A DNA stretch of 64,000 nt, from contig SCTR01000007.1 of NCBI GenBank assembly GCA_004297305.1, forward strand, positions 293,586 through 357,585, given 5' to 3'. Both the position numbers and the translations under genes were made by a program. The DNA comes from Actinomycetota bacterium (GTDB taxonomy: Bacteria; Actinomycetota; Actinomycetes; S36-B12; FW305-bin1). Of the stretch, positions 38,207 through 47,727 are shown in pieces; position 1 is the stretch's first letter; the number at the start of each line of letters is the position of its first letter. A model generated the notes under the pieces. The model saw nothing but the letters and a program-made list of their open reading frames with translations. It was not told where the DNA came from and did not search any database.

Positions 38207-39832
38207 TTGAGTTCCGTCACCACCACACCGGCGTGGAGCGCGCTGCTGACCCACCATGCCGCCGAAGGCCAACAGCACCTGCGGGAGCTGTTCGCCGCGG
38301 ATCCCGGCCGGGCACAACGGTTCACCGCGAGCGGCGCGGGCCTGTGGCTGGACTACTCCAAGCAGCGCATCACCGGACGAACCCTGGAACTGCTGCTGAA
38401 TCTCGCGGTTCAGCGCGGCGTGACGGCACGTCGCGATGCGATGTTCGCCGGCGAGCACATCAACGTGACGGAGGACCGCGCGGTGCTGCACACCGCGCTG
38501 CGACTACCCCGTACCGCAACGCTGGTGGTCGATGGCGTGGACGTCGTGGCCGAGGTCCACGCCGTCCTGGATCGCCTGGGGGAGTTCACCGATCGCGTCC
38601 GGGACGGCTCGTGGCGGGGGTACACCGGACAGACCATCAACGCCGTGGTCAACATCGGGATCGGCGGATCCGATCTCGGTCCGGTCATGGCGTACCAGGC
38701 GCTGCGGCACTACGCCCGGCGAGACCTGACGTTCCGATTCGTCTCCAACGTCGACGGCACGGACTTCGTGGAGGCCACCGCCGATCTGGATCCGGCGCGG
38801 ACGCTGGTCGTGGTGAGTTCCAAGACGTTCACCACGCTGGAGACGATGACCAACGCCCGCAGTGCCCGGGATTGGATCGTCGGAGCGCTCGGCGCGGACG
38901 CCGCAGTGGCCAGCCACTTCGTGGCGGTGTCCACGAACGCCGAGAAGGTCGCCGCCTTCGGTATCGACACCGCGAACATGTTCGGCTTCTGGGACTGGGT
39001 CGGCGGCCGCTACTCGATGGATTCCGCGATCGGCCTGACCACGATGCTCGCCATCGGTCGCCAGCAGTTCGCGGAGTTGCTCGCCGGGTTCCACGCGATG
39101 GACGAGCATTTCCGTACCGCGCCGGCGGCGGAGAACCTGCCGGTCCTCATGGGTCTGCTCAGCGTGTGGAACCGGGACTTCCTCGGCTGCCAGACCACCG
39201 CGGTGCTGCCGTACGAGCAGTACCTCACCCGGTTCCCGGCGTACCTGCAACAACTGACCATGGAAAGCAACGGCAAGTCGGTGACGCTGGACGGGGCGCC
39301 GGTCGGGGTGGAGACCGGCGGCATCTTCTGGGGCGAACCGGGGACCAACGGCCAGCACAGCTTCTACCAGCTGATCCACCAGGGCACCACGGTGGTGCCG
39401 TGCGATCTGCTGGTCTTCCAGCGGTCCCTGAATCCCTTGGGCGAGCACCACGACCTGCTGGCGGCCAACGCTTTTGCGCAGGCGGCCGTGCTCGCGTTCG
39501 GCCGGACGGCCGAGGAGGTCGCCGCGGACGGGACGGCACCGGAACTCGTCGCGCACAAGGTCATGCCCGGCAATCGGCCGTCGAACTTCCTCATGGCCGA
39601 AGCGCTCACGCCGCACACGCTGGGCGCCCTGGTGGCGTTGTACGAGCACAGCGTCTTCGTCCAAGGCGCGATCTGGGGGATCGACTCGTTCGATCAGTGG
39701 GGCGTCGAGCTGGGCAAGGCGATGGCCCTGACGGTCGTGCCGCAGCTGACCGACGGTGCCCCGCCGCCGGCCGGTCAGGACCCGTCGACGACCGCGCTGG
39801 TGGCCCGCTACCGGGCCGGCCGCCGCGGCTGA
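38207..39832 (+). CDS. pgi: glucose-6-phosphate isomerase
   Basis: TTG at 38207 with gaggag 5 nt upstream (track start 38177 is the alternative). [22 protein letters not shown] and [11 protein letters not shown] motifs. Confidence 0.9.
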   Translation: MSSVTTTPAWSALLTHHAAEGQQHLRELFAADPGRAQRFTASGAGLWLDYSKQRITGRTLELLLNLAVQRGVTARRDAMFAGEHINVTEDRAVLHTALRLPRTATLVVDGVDVVAEVHAVLDRLGEFTDRVRDGSWRGYTGQTINAVVNIGIGGSDLGPVMAYQALRHYARRDLTFRFVSNVDGTDFVEATADLDPARTLVVVSSKTFTTLETMTNARSARDWIVGALGADAAVASHFVAVSTNAEKVAAFGIDTANMFGFWDWVGGRYSMDSAIGLTTMLAIGRQQFAELLAGFHAMDEHFRTAPAAENLPVLMGLLSVWNRDFLGCQTTAVLPYEQYLTRFPAYLQQLTMESNGKSVTLDGAPVGVETGGIFWGEPGTNGQHSFYQLIHQGTTVVPCDLLVFQRSLNPLGEHHDLLAANAFAQAAVLAFGRTAEEVAADGTAPELVAHKVMPGNRPSNFLMAEALTPHTLGALVALYEHSVFVQGAIWGIDSFDQWGVELGKAMALTVVPQLTDGAPPPAGQDPSTTALVARYRAGRRG

Positions 39833-39906
39833 GGCCGCTGCCGGAGGCGTTCTCGCCGTACCGGCGAGCTCATGCGTAACCGAAGAGCGCTGCCGGAGGC
39901 GGTTCG

Positions 39907-39963
39907 GCGGTAGCGGAGAGCTCAGGCGGTAGCGGAGAGCTCAGGCGGTAGCGGAGAGCTCAG
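39907..39963. repeat. 19-bp x3 perfect tandem repeat between the convergent pgi and secreted-protein genes
   Basis: gcggtagcggagagctcag repeated three times without mismatch. Degenerate copies flank it (39853-39870 and 39964 onward). Confidence 0.95.
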
Positions 39964-39987
39964 GCCGTACCGGATAGGTAAGGCCGC

Positions 39988-40617
39988 TCAGCTGTTGTAG
40001 CCGAGCTTGATCCGGACCTGCTTGACCAGGAACGTGCTGGGCGGGGCGTACTCGTCGCTGACGGCGATCCCGATGACAACCTGTCCGTTGGCGACGAAAC
40101 GCTTCGCGTTGAGTGTCCCGATGGTCCGCCAGCTGGCGGTGCCGTTGGTCGCGCTGAGCCGGCCGATACCGACCCAGGAGCCGTTCGGCTTCCGCGCCCC
40201 GGCGACGACCATGCTGGGCGGGGAGTTGGTGTATCCCTGCACCTGGACGACGAGTTTGCGGTACTTGCTGGCGGGCGGGACGGCGAACACGTAGTACGCG
40301 TTGGCCTCGGCGTAGCTGATCGAACGGCGGCACCGGTTCACCAGCCACAGCCCGTCCGGCTGGTTCGCCGGGACGCGGGAGTTCGCGCACTGGTCGGTGC
40401 CGCCCGAGGAACTGGCCTGCCGACCGGTGAGCGTGAGGCTGACGTTGCGCTTCGCCGTGGCCACCAACGCCCCTGCCGGCGCCGCCACGGCAGCCGGAGC
40501 CACTGCGGCGACCTGTGCCGCCTGCGCTGTGGGGGCCGCCTGCGCTGTGGGCAGCAGGAAGGACAGCAGCCCCCCGAGCGCCGCGCTGATAGCGATCGTC
40601 CGGCCTCTGCGGGTCAT
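39988..40617 (-). CDS. hypothetical secreted protein
   Basis: C-terminal 209 aa of track ORF 39988..41175, from ATG 40617 (MTRRGRTIAISAALGGLLSFLLPTAQA, signal-peptide-like). ATGA overlap with the S8 peptidase stop. No family recognised. Confidence 0.55.
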   Translation of the reverse strand: MTRRGRTIAISAALGGLLSFLLPTAQAAPTAQAAQVAAVAPAAVAAPAGALVATAKRNVSLTLTGRQASSSGGTDQCANSRVPANQPDGLWLVNRCRRSISYAEANAYYVFAVPPASKYRKLVVQVQGYTNSPPSMVVAGARKPNGSWVGIGRLSATNGTASWRTIGTLNAKRFVANGQVVIGIAVSDEYAPPSTFLVKQVRIKLGYNS

Positions 40618-42428
40618 GCCGCCTCCTTCTGCTGCTGTCCGTTCGGTGCCGCCGCGGCGGAGACCCGTACGACGAACAGCCGTGTGGTCGTGAGGTTGCC
40701 GGCCGCATCGACCAGGCGTACCTGCCAGGTGTACCGGCCAGCCGGCAACGCCCTGCCGCCGCGGCCGTTGCCGTCGAAGTGCACAGACAGCCGGCCAGGA
40801 GTTGCGCCGGTGGCCGACAGCCGACGGACCAGCCGGCCCCCGGCACGCACGTCGACGCGCATCGTCGCTGCCTCGTTCGTGGTGACCCCGAGGAGCGCCC
40901 CGGTGCCGCGCCGAGGATAGACGGTGGCGCCTGCGCCCTGGACGGCCCGCGCACGAGGTGCCCTCGTGTCGACGACCACCGGCACCACGGTCACGGCCCG
41001 GTGCGATACGCCGTCGACCCGGTGGCGCAGCACTACCCGCACCAGGTACCGGCCGTTCGGCACCACCCCACCGGAGATGCCGACGCCGTCCCACCGGATG
41101 ACCACGTGGCGGCCCTTCGGTCGTACCGCGCGGGCGCCGGTGATCGCCGCACCCTTGGCCGTACGGACCGACCACTGCAGCTGCCAGCCGGCCGCCAGCC
41201 GGCCACGTTTGCCCAGCGCCTCCGCCGGCACGGTGACGGCCACGGGCAGGGTGTCGCGACGGCCGTCAGCATTGGGGGAGAAGGCCGCTGCACCGACCCC
41301 GGCACCGATGCGCGCGCTGGCCACGGCGAGGACCGCCGGCGGCGTCGGACCTGCGCCCGGTGCGACCGCCGCCACGGCGGCCGCGGCGTCCACGAGTCCC
41401 GCCCCGAGGTGCTGGCCGGGCCGAGGGGAGGCGGTCGACTGCAGCGTCGACGCGACGACCGCGGGGGGCAGCGACGGGGCGACGGCTCGCATCATCCCGG
41501 CGGTGCCGGACACGACCGCGGTGGCGAACGAGGCGCCGTGGTCGGTGGCGTAGCCAGCCGGGTAGCGGGTCGACCCGGCCGTCGGCGTCGTACTCCACAG
41601 CTGGTCGCCGGGCGCGCCCAGCGTGATCCAGTTGCCGTACGACGAGAAGCCGGCGCGCGCTACTCCGTCCACGGTGGTGGCCGCCACGGCGACGACGCCG
41701 GGCGACGACGCCGGGTAGAAGGCGGGGACCGACTGCCCCAGGTTGCCGGCCGCGGCCACGACGACGACGCCGCGCCCGATCGCGTAGGCCACCGCGGCGG
41801 CGACGGCCGGGTCGAAGGTCGTGCTGCCGAGCGACGCGTTGATCACGTCGGCCCCGTGGTCGGCTGCCCACCGGATCCCCGCGGCCACCGCGGCCGGGGT
41901 CTCCATGCCCTGCGCGTCGCTCACCTTCACTGCCAGCAGGCTGACGCCGGTCGCGACGCCGGCGATACCGATGCCGTTGCCAGCCCGGGCGGCGATGACG
42001 CCGGCGACGAAGGTGCCGTGCCCGTCGTGGTCGGTGACATCGCTGCCACCCGTCGTCGCGTCGTACTGGCCGACGACGGCGCCGCTGAGGTCGGGATGAC
42101 CGGTGTCGACGCCCGTGTCGAGGACGGCGACCACGGCGCGCGCCGCCGCCGGAACCAGCGGCCAGGCATCGGGCACCCGGGCCGCCTGCCACGGCAGCGC
42201 CTGACTCGGCCACAGCGGGTCGAGGGCAGCGACCGCCACGGCGCCGTCCGCGGACCGCACGACAGCCGACGTGCCGACGTCCGACGTGCCGGGGACCGAC
42301 GTGCCGACCGCCGCTGCTCCGGCCGTTGCGGGCGCTGCCACGAGCACCAGGCAGGCCAGCGGCGGCAGCACCGCCAGGCGGCCCCAAGACGCGCCGGACG
42401 AGGACGGGACAGGACGGGCAGCACGCAC
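40614..42428 (-). CDS. S8 family (subtilisin-like) serine peptidase with C-terminal Ig-like repeats
   Basis: 604 aa. Signal peptide. Catalytic triad contexts VAVLDTGVD, DHDGHGTFVAGVIA and GASFATAVVSGTAG. The C-terminal roughly 200 aa is beta-rich, with two similar segments. Confidence 0.85.
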   Translation of the reverse strand: MRAARPVPSSSGASWGRLAVLPPLACLVLVAAPATAGAAAVGTSVPGTSDVGTSAVVRSADGAVAVAALDPLWPSQALPWQAARVPDAWPLVPAAARAVVAVLDTGVDTGHPDLSGAVVGQYDATTGGSDVTDHDGHGTFVAGVIAARAGNGIGIAGVATGVSLLAVKVSDAQGMETPAAVAAGIRWAADHGADVINASLGSTTFDPAVAAAVAYAIGRGVVVVAAAGNLGQSVPAFYPASSPGVVAVAATTVDGVARAGFSSYGNWITLGAPGDQLWSTTPTAGSTRYPAGYATDHGASFATAVVSGTAGMMRAVAPSLPPAVVASTLQSTASPRPGQHLGAGLVDAAAAVAAVAPGAGPTPPAVLAVASARIGAGVGAAAFSPNADGRRDTLPVAVTVPAEALGKRGRLAAGWQLQWSVRTAKGAAITGARAVRPKGRHVVIRWDGVGISGGVVPNGRYLVRVVLRHRVDGVSHRAVTVVPVVVDTRAPRARAVQGAGATVYPRRGTGALLGVTTNEAATMRVDVRAGGRLVRRLSATGATPGRLSVHFDGNGRGGRALPAGRYTWQVRLVDAAGNLTTTRLFVVRVSAAAAPNGQQQKEAA

Positions 42429-42580
42429 GCGGGATCCGATCGCAGACGGGGTTTCGGCGCGCCACGGTAGGGCGCCGGAACCGCCGGCAGCGCGATCGAC
42501 AGCGCCCGGTCGGGCGCCGCAGCGGGGGCGTTAGGAAGGACTTAGTGCTGGCATGGGCGGCCGTTGCGCGATCGACGTCG

Positions 42581-42640
42581 GTGCCGTCCGACCTCAGGTG
42601 CCCGCGTCAGGCGCCGTACGACCTCTGGTGCTGTACGGCG
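42581..42640. repeat. 30-bp x2 imperfect tandem repeat downstream of the PAC2 gene
   Basis: gtgccgtccgacctcaggtgc versus gcgccgtacgacctctggtgc (18 of 21 identical) at a 30-nt offset. The second copy can fold as GCCGTAC-13 nt-GTACGGC. Confidence 0.6.
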
Positions 42641-43498
42641 TCACGCGCCGTCCGGCCCGCGGCGGCGCAGGTAGCGCTCGAACTCGCGGGCGATCGCCTC
42701 GCCACTGGCCTCCGGCAGGTCGGCGGTGTCCCGCGCCTCCTCCAGCTGCCGGACGTATTCGGCGACCTCCTCGTCCTCGGCCGCGAGCTCGTCGACGCCG
42801 ACCTCCCAGGCGCGCGCCTCCTCGACCAGGTCACCGACCGGGATCGTGACGTCCAGCAGGTCCTCGAGCCGCCGTACCAGCGCGAGCACGGCCTTGGGGC
42901 ACGGCGGCTGGGCGACGTAGTGCGGCACCGCGGCCCACAACGACACCGCCGGCATGCCCGCGGTGGTGCAGGCTTCGACGAGCACACCGACGATGCCGGT
43001 CGGCCCCTCGTAGCGGGACGGCTCCAAGTTCAGCGTCGTCGCGAGGCCCGCGTCGCTGGACGATCCGCTGACCGGCACCGGGCGGGTGTGCGGCGTGTCG
43101 GCGAGCAACGCGCCCAGCGTCACGACCCGGGTGACGCCCAACTCGGCGGCGAGGCCGACCAGTTCGGCGCTGAACTGACGCCAGCGCATGTTCGGTTCGA
43201 TACCGCGGACGATGACCAGGTCGCGGGCCGGCTCGGGAACCCGGATCACGAACAACCGCGTGGTCGGCCAGGTCACGTGCCGCTTTCCCTTGTCGTCGAA
43301 GCCGACGAGGGGCCGGTTCACCTGGTAGTCGTAGTAGTCCTCGGGGTCGAACTCGGCGATGGGCCGGCCGCCCCAGACCTCCTGCAGATGTTCCAGGGTG
43401 CCGCTGGCAGCGTCGCCGGCGTCGTTCCAGCCTTCGAACGCCGCCACGAGGACCGGATCGACGAGCTCCGGCAGCGACTCGATCTCGATCACCGACAC
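42641..43498 (-). CDS. PAC2 (proteasome assembly chaperone 2-like) family protein
   Basis: 285 aa. LVAAFEGWNDAGDAAS N-terminal motif typical of actinobacterial PAC2 proteins. Confidence 0.8.
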   Translation of the reverse strand: MSVIEIESLPELVDPVLVAAFEGWNDAGDAASGTLEHLQEVWGGRPIAEFDPEDYYDYQVNRPLVGFDDKGKRHVTWPTTRLFVIRVPEPARDLVIVRGIEPNMRWRQFSAELVGLAAELGVTRVVTLGALLADTPHTRPVPVSGSSSDAGLATTLNLEPSRYEGPTGIVGVLVEACTTAGMPAVSLWAAVPHYVAQPPCPKAVLALVRRLEDLLDVTIPVGDLVEEARAWEVGVDELAAEDEEVAEYVRQLEEARDTADLPEASGEAIAREFERYLRRRGPDGA

Positions 43499-43602
43499 CT
43501 CCGCCGACCGGCCGGACCCTCCGAACCCGGTCAGCCTACGTCGTACGACCGGGCCGTAATCCGACGAAGCCCTCGCAGCGGCGCGGCTAGGCTGGCCCGC
43601 CT

Positions 43603-46600
43603 ATGAGCGCACCCGGGCAGCCGCCCCCTCGACCGTCCCTGCTGGCAGCGCTCGCGCAGCGCGTGGTCGTGGCGGACGGCGCGATGGGCACGATGCTGCA
43701 GGCGGCCGATCTCACCCTCGACGACTACCACGGCCTCGAGGGGTGCAGCGAGATCCTCAACGTGACGCGGCCCGATGTCGTCGCCGGGGTTCATGACGCG
43801 TACTTCGCCGTCGGCGTCGATTGCGTGGAGACCAACACCTTCGGCGCCAACCTGGCCAACCTCGGCGAGTACGACATCGCCGATCGCATCTACGAACTGG
43901 CCGAGGCGGGAGCGCGGATCGCCCGCGAGGTCGCCGACGGCTGGTCGACTCCCGACCGCCCGCGCTGGGTGCTCGGGTCGGTCGGGCCGGGGACGAAGCT
44001 GCCGACCCTCGGGCACGTGACGTACGCCGAACTCCGCGACGCCTACCAGCAGCAGACGGCCGGCCTGCTGGCCGGCGGTACCGACGCGGTGCTGGTCGAG
44101 ACCTGCCAGGACCTGCTGCAGGTCAAGGCCGCAGTGGTCGGTACCCGGCGGGCGATCGCGGCTGCCGGGCGCGCCGTGCCGCTGCTGGTCAACGTCACCG
44201 TCGAGACCACCGGGACCATGCTGCTGGGATCGGAGATCGGCGCGGCGCTCACCGTGCTCGAACCGCTCGGGGTCGACCTGATCGGCCTGAACTGCGCGAC
44301 CGGGCCGGCCGAGATGAGCGAGCATCTGCGCCACCTGTCCCGCCACGCCCGGGTCGGACTGTCGTGTATGCCCAACGCCGGTCTGCCGATTCTCACCTCC
44401 GACGGCGCTCACTACCCGTTGACGCCGGTCGAGTTGGCCGACGCCCACGACCACTTCACCGCCGAGTACGGCCTGGCCCTGGTCGGCGGGTGCTGCGGCA
44501 CCACGCCGGAACACCTGCGACACGTGGTGGAGCGCGTCCGGGGCCGGGAGGTCGTCGCGCGCCGGCCGCGGCACGAGGCCAGCGCGGCGTCGCTGTACCA
44601 GAGCGTGAGTTTCCGACAGGACACGACGTACCTCACCATCGGGGAGCGGACGAACGCCAACGGCTCCAAGGTGTTTCGGGAGGCGATGCTCGAGCAGCGC
44701 TGGGAGGACTGCCTGGAGATCGCACGCGAGCAGATCCGCGACGGCGCCCATCTGCTCGACCTGTGCGTCGACTACGTCGGCCGCGACGGCGTGGCAGACA
44801 TGCGAGAACTCGCCTCCCGGCTCGCAACGGCCTCGACGCTGCCGGTCGTGGTCGACTCCACCGAACCGGCGGTGATCGAAGCCGGTCTGGAACTGCTGGG
44901 CGGCCGCGCCGTGGTCAACTCCGTCAACTACGAGGACGGTGACGGCCCCGGGTCACGCTTCGACCGGGTGATGCGGCTGGTGCGTGAGCACGGCGCGGCG
45001 GTGATGGCGCTGACGATCGACGAAACCGGCCAGGCGCGCACCACCGAATGGAAGGTCCGCATCGCCGACCGCCTCATCGCCGCGCTGTGCGACGACTGGG
45101 GGATGGACATCGGCGACATCATCATCGACTGCCTGACCTTCCCGATCGCGACCGGTCAGGAGGAGACCCGTCGCGACGGCGTGGCGACGATCGAGGCGAT
45201 CCGCGAGGTGAAACGGCGGCATCCGCAGGTACAGACCACTCTGGGACTGTCCAACGTGTCGTTCGGGTTGAACCCGGCCGCCCGGCAGGTCCTCAATTCG
45301 GTGTTCCTGCACGAATGCGTCGCAGCCGGCCTGGACTCCGCGATCGTGCACGCCTCGAAGATCCTGCCGATGGCGCGGATCCCCGAGCAGCAACGCGACG
45401 TCGCGCTGGATCTGGTCTACGACCGCCGCCGCTTCGACGACGAGGGGGTCTGCAGTTACGACCCGCTGCAGCGCTTCCTGGAACTGTTCGAAGGCGTCGA
45501 GGCGACCGCACTGCGGGCCGGCCGGGCCGACCAGTTGGCTGCCATGCCGCTGTTCGAGCGACTGGAACGGCGGATCGTCGACGGCGAGCGGACAGGACTC
45601 GAGGCAGATCTGGATCTCGCCATGGCCGAACGCAGCCCGCTGCAGATCGTCAACGAGACCCTGCTGGCCGGGATGCGCGAAGTCGGCGAACTGTTCGGCC
45701 GCGGCGAGATGCAGTTGCCGTTCGTGTTGCAGAGCGCCGAGGTGATGAAAGCGGCGGTCGCCCATCTCGAGCCGCACATGGAACGTACTGACGAGAGCGG
45801 CAAGGGGACCATCGTGCTCGCCACGGTCAAGGGCGACGTGCACGACATCGGCAAGAATCTCGTCGACATCATCCTGACCAACAACGGCTACAACGTGGTG
45901 AACATCGGCATCAAGCAGCCGGTGACGGCGATCCTCGATGCCGCGCAGGACACCGACGCCGACGTCATCGGGATGTCCGGGCTGCTGGTGAAGAGCACCG
46001 TGGTCATGAAGGAGAACCTCGAGGAGATGAACTCCCGAGGCGTCTCGACGCGTTGGCCGGTGCTGTTGGGCGGTGCGGCCTTGACGCGGGCCTTCGTCGA
46101 GCAGGACCTGGCCGAGGTGTACGAGGGCGAGGTCCGCTACGCCCGCGACGCATTCGAGGGTCTGCGCCTCATGGACGCGGTCATGGCGGTGAAGCGAGGC
46201 GAGCCGGGCGCGGCGCTTCCGCAGCGGCGCGAGCGCCGGGTGCGCGCCGTACGCCGGGATCCGGAGCCCGAGGTCGCGCTGCCGGCGCGCTCGGACGTCG
46301 CCACCGACAATCCCGTTCCGGTGCCGCCGTTCTGGGGCGACCGGGTGGTGAAGGGCATGGCGCTGGCCGAGTACGCCGCCTACCTCGACGAGCGCGCCAC
46401 CTTCCTCGGCCAGTGGGGTCTCAAACCCTCCCGCGGCGACGGACCCTCCTACGAGGAACTCGTGGAGACCCAGGGCCGTCCCCGACTGCGGATGTGGCTG
46501 GACCGCATCCATACCGACGGGCTGCTGGAGCCTGCCGTGGTCTACGGCTACTACCCGTGCTGGTCGGAGGGCAACGACCTCGTCGTCGGGTGGCACGAAG

Positions 46601-47121
46601 GCGACCGGTTCGGTCAGGAACGGTTGCGTTTCACGTTCCCCCGGCAACGGCGTGACCGTCACCTGTGCCTGGCAGACTTCTTCCGGCCCAAGGAGTCCGG
46701 CGAGCTCGACGTGGTCGCGTTCCATATCGTCACCATGGGCGAGAGGGCATCGCAGTCCACGGCGAAACTGCTGGCCGCCGACGCCTACCGGGACTATCTG
46801 GAGTTGCACGGCCTCACCGTGCAGCTCACCGAGGCCCTCGCCGAGCTCTGGCACGCCCGGGTCCGCGCCGAGTTCGGGTTCGCCGGCGAGGACGACAGCG
46901 ACCGGGATCGGCTCATCGCCAAGCAGGGCTACCGCGGGTCGCGATACTCGTTCGGCTATCCCGCCTGTCCCGACGTCGAGCAGCAGGCCGGCCTGGTCAC
47001 CTTGCTGCAGCCCGAGCGCATCGGTGTGTCGCTGTCCGAGGAGTTCCAGCTCCATCCGGAACAGTCGACCAGCGCGCTGATCGTTCACCACCCCGAGGCG
47101 AAGTACTTTGCCGCAACCTGA
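43603..47121 (+). CDS. metH: cobalamin-dependent methionine synthase
   Basis: 1172 aa. Hcy-binding, pterin-binding, B12-binding (GDVHDIGKN) and AdoMet-activation modules are all recognisable. Confidence 0.95.
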   Translation: MSAPGQPPPRPSLLAALAQRVVVADGAMGTMLQAADLTLDDYHGLEGCSEILNVTRPDVVAGVHDAYFAVGVDCVETNTFGANLANLGEYDIADRIYELAEAGARIAREVADGWSTPDRPRWVLGSVGPGTKLPTLGHVTYAELRDAYQQQTAGLLAGGTDAVLVETCQDLLQVKAAVVGTRRAIAAAGRAVPLLVNVTVETTGTMLLGSEIGAALTVLEPLGVDLIGLNCATGPAEMSEHLRHLSRHARVGLSCMPNAGLPILTSDGAHYPLTPVELADAHDHFTAEYGLALVGGCCGTTPEHLRHVVERVRGREVVARRPRHEASAASLYQSVSFRQDTTYLTIGERTNANGSKVFREAMLEQRWEDCLEIAREQIRDGAHLLDLCVDYVGRDGVADMRELASRLATASTLPVVVDSTEPAVIEAGLELLGGRAVVNSVNYEDGDGPGSRFDRVMRLVREHGAAVMALTIDETGQARTTEWKVRIADRLIAALCDDWGMDIGDIIIDCLTFPIATGQEETRRDGVATIEAIREVKRRHPQVQTTLGLSNVSFGLNPAARQVLNSVFLHECVAAGLDSAIVHASKILPMARIPEQQRDVALDLVYDRRRFDDEGVCSYDPLQRFLELFEGVEATALRAGRADQLAAMPLFERLERRIVDGERTGLEADLDLAMAERSPLQIVNETLLAGMREVGELFGRGEMQLPFVLQSAEVMKAAVAHLEPHMERTDESGKGTIVLATVKGDVHDIGKNLVDIILTNNGYNVVNIGIKQPVTAILDAAQDTDADVIGMSGLLVKSTVVMKENLEEMNSRGVSTRWPVLLGGAALTRAFVEQDLAEVYEGEVRYARDAFEGLRLMDAVMAVKRGEPGAALPQRRERRVRAVRRDPEPEVALPARSDVATDNPVPVPPFWGDRVVKGMALAEYAAYLDERATFLGQWGLKPSRGDGPSYEELVETQGRPRLRMWLDRIHTDGLLEPAVVYGYYPCWSEGNDLVVGWHEGDRFGQERLRFTFPRQRRDRHLCLADFFRPKESGELDVVAFHIVTMGERASQSTAKLLAADAYRDYLELHGLTVQLTEALAELWHARVRAEFGFAGEDDSDRDRLIAKQGYRGSRYSFGYPACPDVEQQAGLVTLLQPERIGVSLSEEFQLHPEQSTSALIVHHPEAKYFAAT

Positions 47122-47134
47122 TCGACATGCGGGC

Positions 47135-47215
47135 CGACCGATGCGGCCAGATCGACGCCTCCGACCGATGCGATCAGGTCGACGCCTCCGACCGCCGCGG
47201 CTCGATCCGGGCACC
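47135..47215. repeat. 27-bp tandem repeat (2 good copies plus 1 degenerate) just after the metH stop
   Basis: ccgaccgatgcggccagatcgacgcct / ccgaccgatgcgatcaggtcgacgcct / ccgaccgccgcggctcgatccgggcac. Confidence 0.75.
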
Positions 47216-47466
47216 CCATACGTCGTCTCGCGCCCATTGACGTCCATCCGGGACTTGGCAGCCTGAGTCGATTCTCAGCATCGGGTGAGCCGAGTCATAC
47301 GCGCCACGCCGAGCCGCGGGAATATGACGCTCGCCTCGACTCTTGTCGGCCTCGTGATCACCGTCCGGGCGGTGAGCCACAGGCGGGGTGACGAGATGCG
47401 CCGGCGGGCCGGCCATCCCGAACGAACGCGAGTCGTACGGCGGCCAACCGCTGGAACATGGGCGTA

Positions 47467-47631
47467 CGGCGGGGCGACCGCCGATACAGCCGACGGGTCA
47501 CGGCGACCGGGAAGGCGGCCGCGGCCGCCTGGATGGCGGCCACCGAGGCCGAGAGCACGAACGGCCGGAAGGCCGAAACGGGACGACCGGCGGGCAACCG
47601 CCGTGGCAGGACGAACGGCGGGCGACCGCCG
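47467..47631 (+). promoter_or_regulatory. hairpin-rich leader segment upstream of the MFS gene (function unknown)
   Basis: Three CGGCGG-loop-CCGCCG hairpins at 47467-47483, 47588-47603 (GCAA loop) and 47616-47631 (GCGA loop). CGGCC-GGAA-GGCCG at 47562-47575. A 16-nt perfect palindrome GGCGGCCGCGGCCGCC at 47514-47529. Confidence 0.3.
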
Positions 47632-47727
47632 GGCAAACCGTCGCCGGATTGTCGGGGGTTCCCAGTAGCCTCCGGCCAGTTCCGGCAGCGGACACCCACG
47701 CACGACGTACCACCGAAGGAGATCCAC

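Noticed and set aside
47122-47727. Cobalamin riboswitch next to metH, or a guanidine-II (mini-ykkC) riboswitch upstream of the MFS gene
   Set aside because: A cgggaaggc string is present, but I could not find the B12-box or the GCCACTG core. The region is downstream of metH, which is B12-dependent and not the usual riboswitch target. ACGA/ACGG strings occur, but the hairpin loops are GNRA, not ACGR. No call is made without an Rfam scan.
47458-47727. In-frame 90-codon N-terminal extension of the MFS transporter from ATG 47458
   Set aside because: The extension is Arg/Gly-rich with no TM or signal character. A good SD (gaagga) precedes ATG 47728, where the conserved MFS N-terminus begins.
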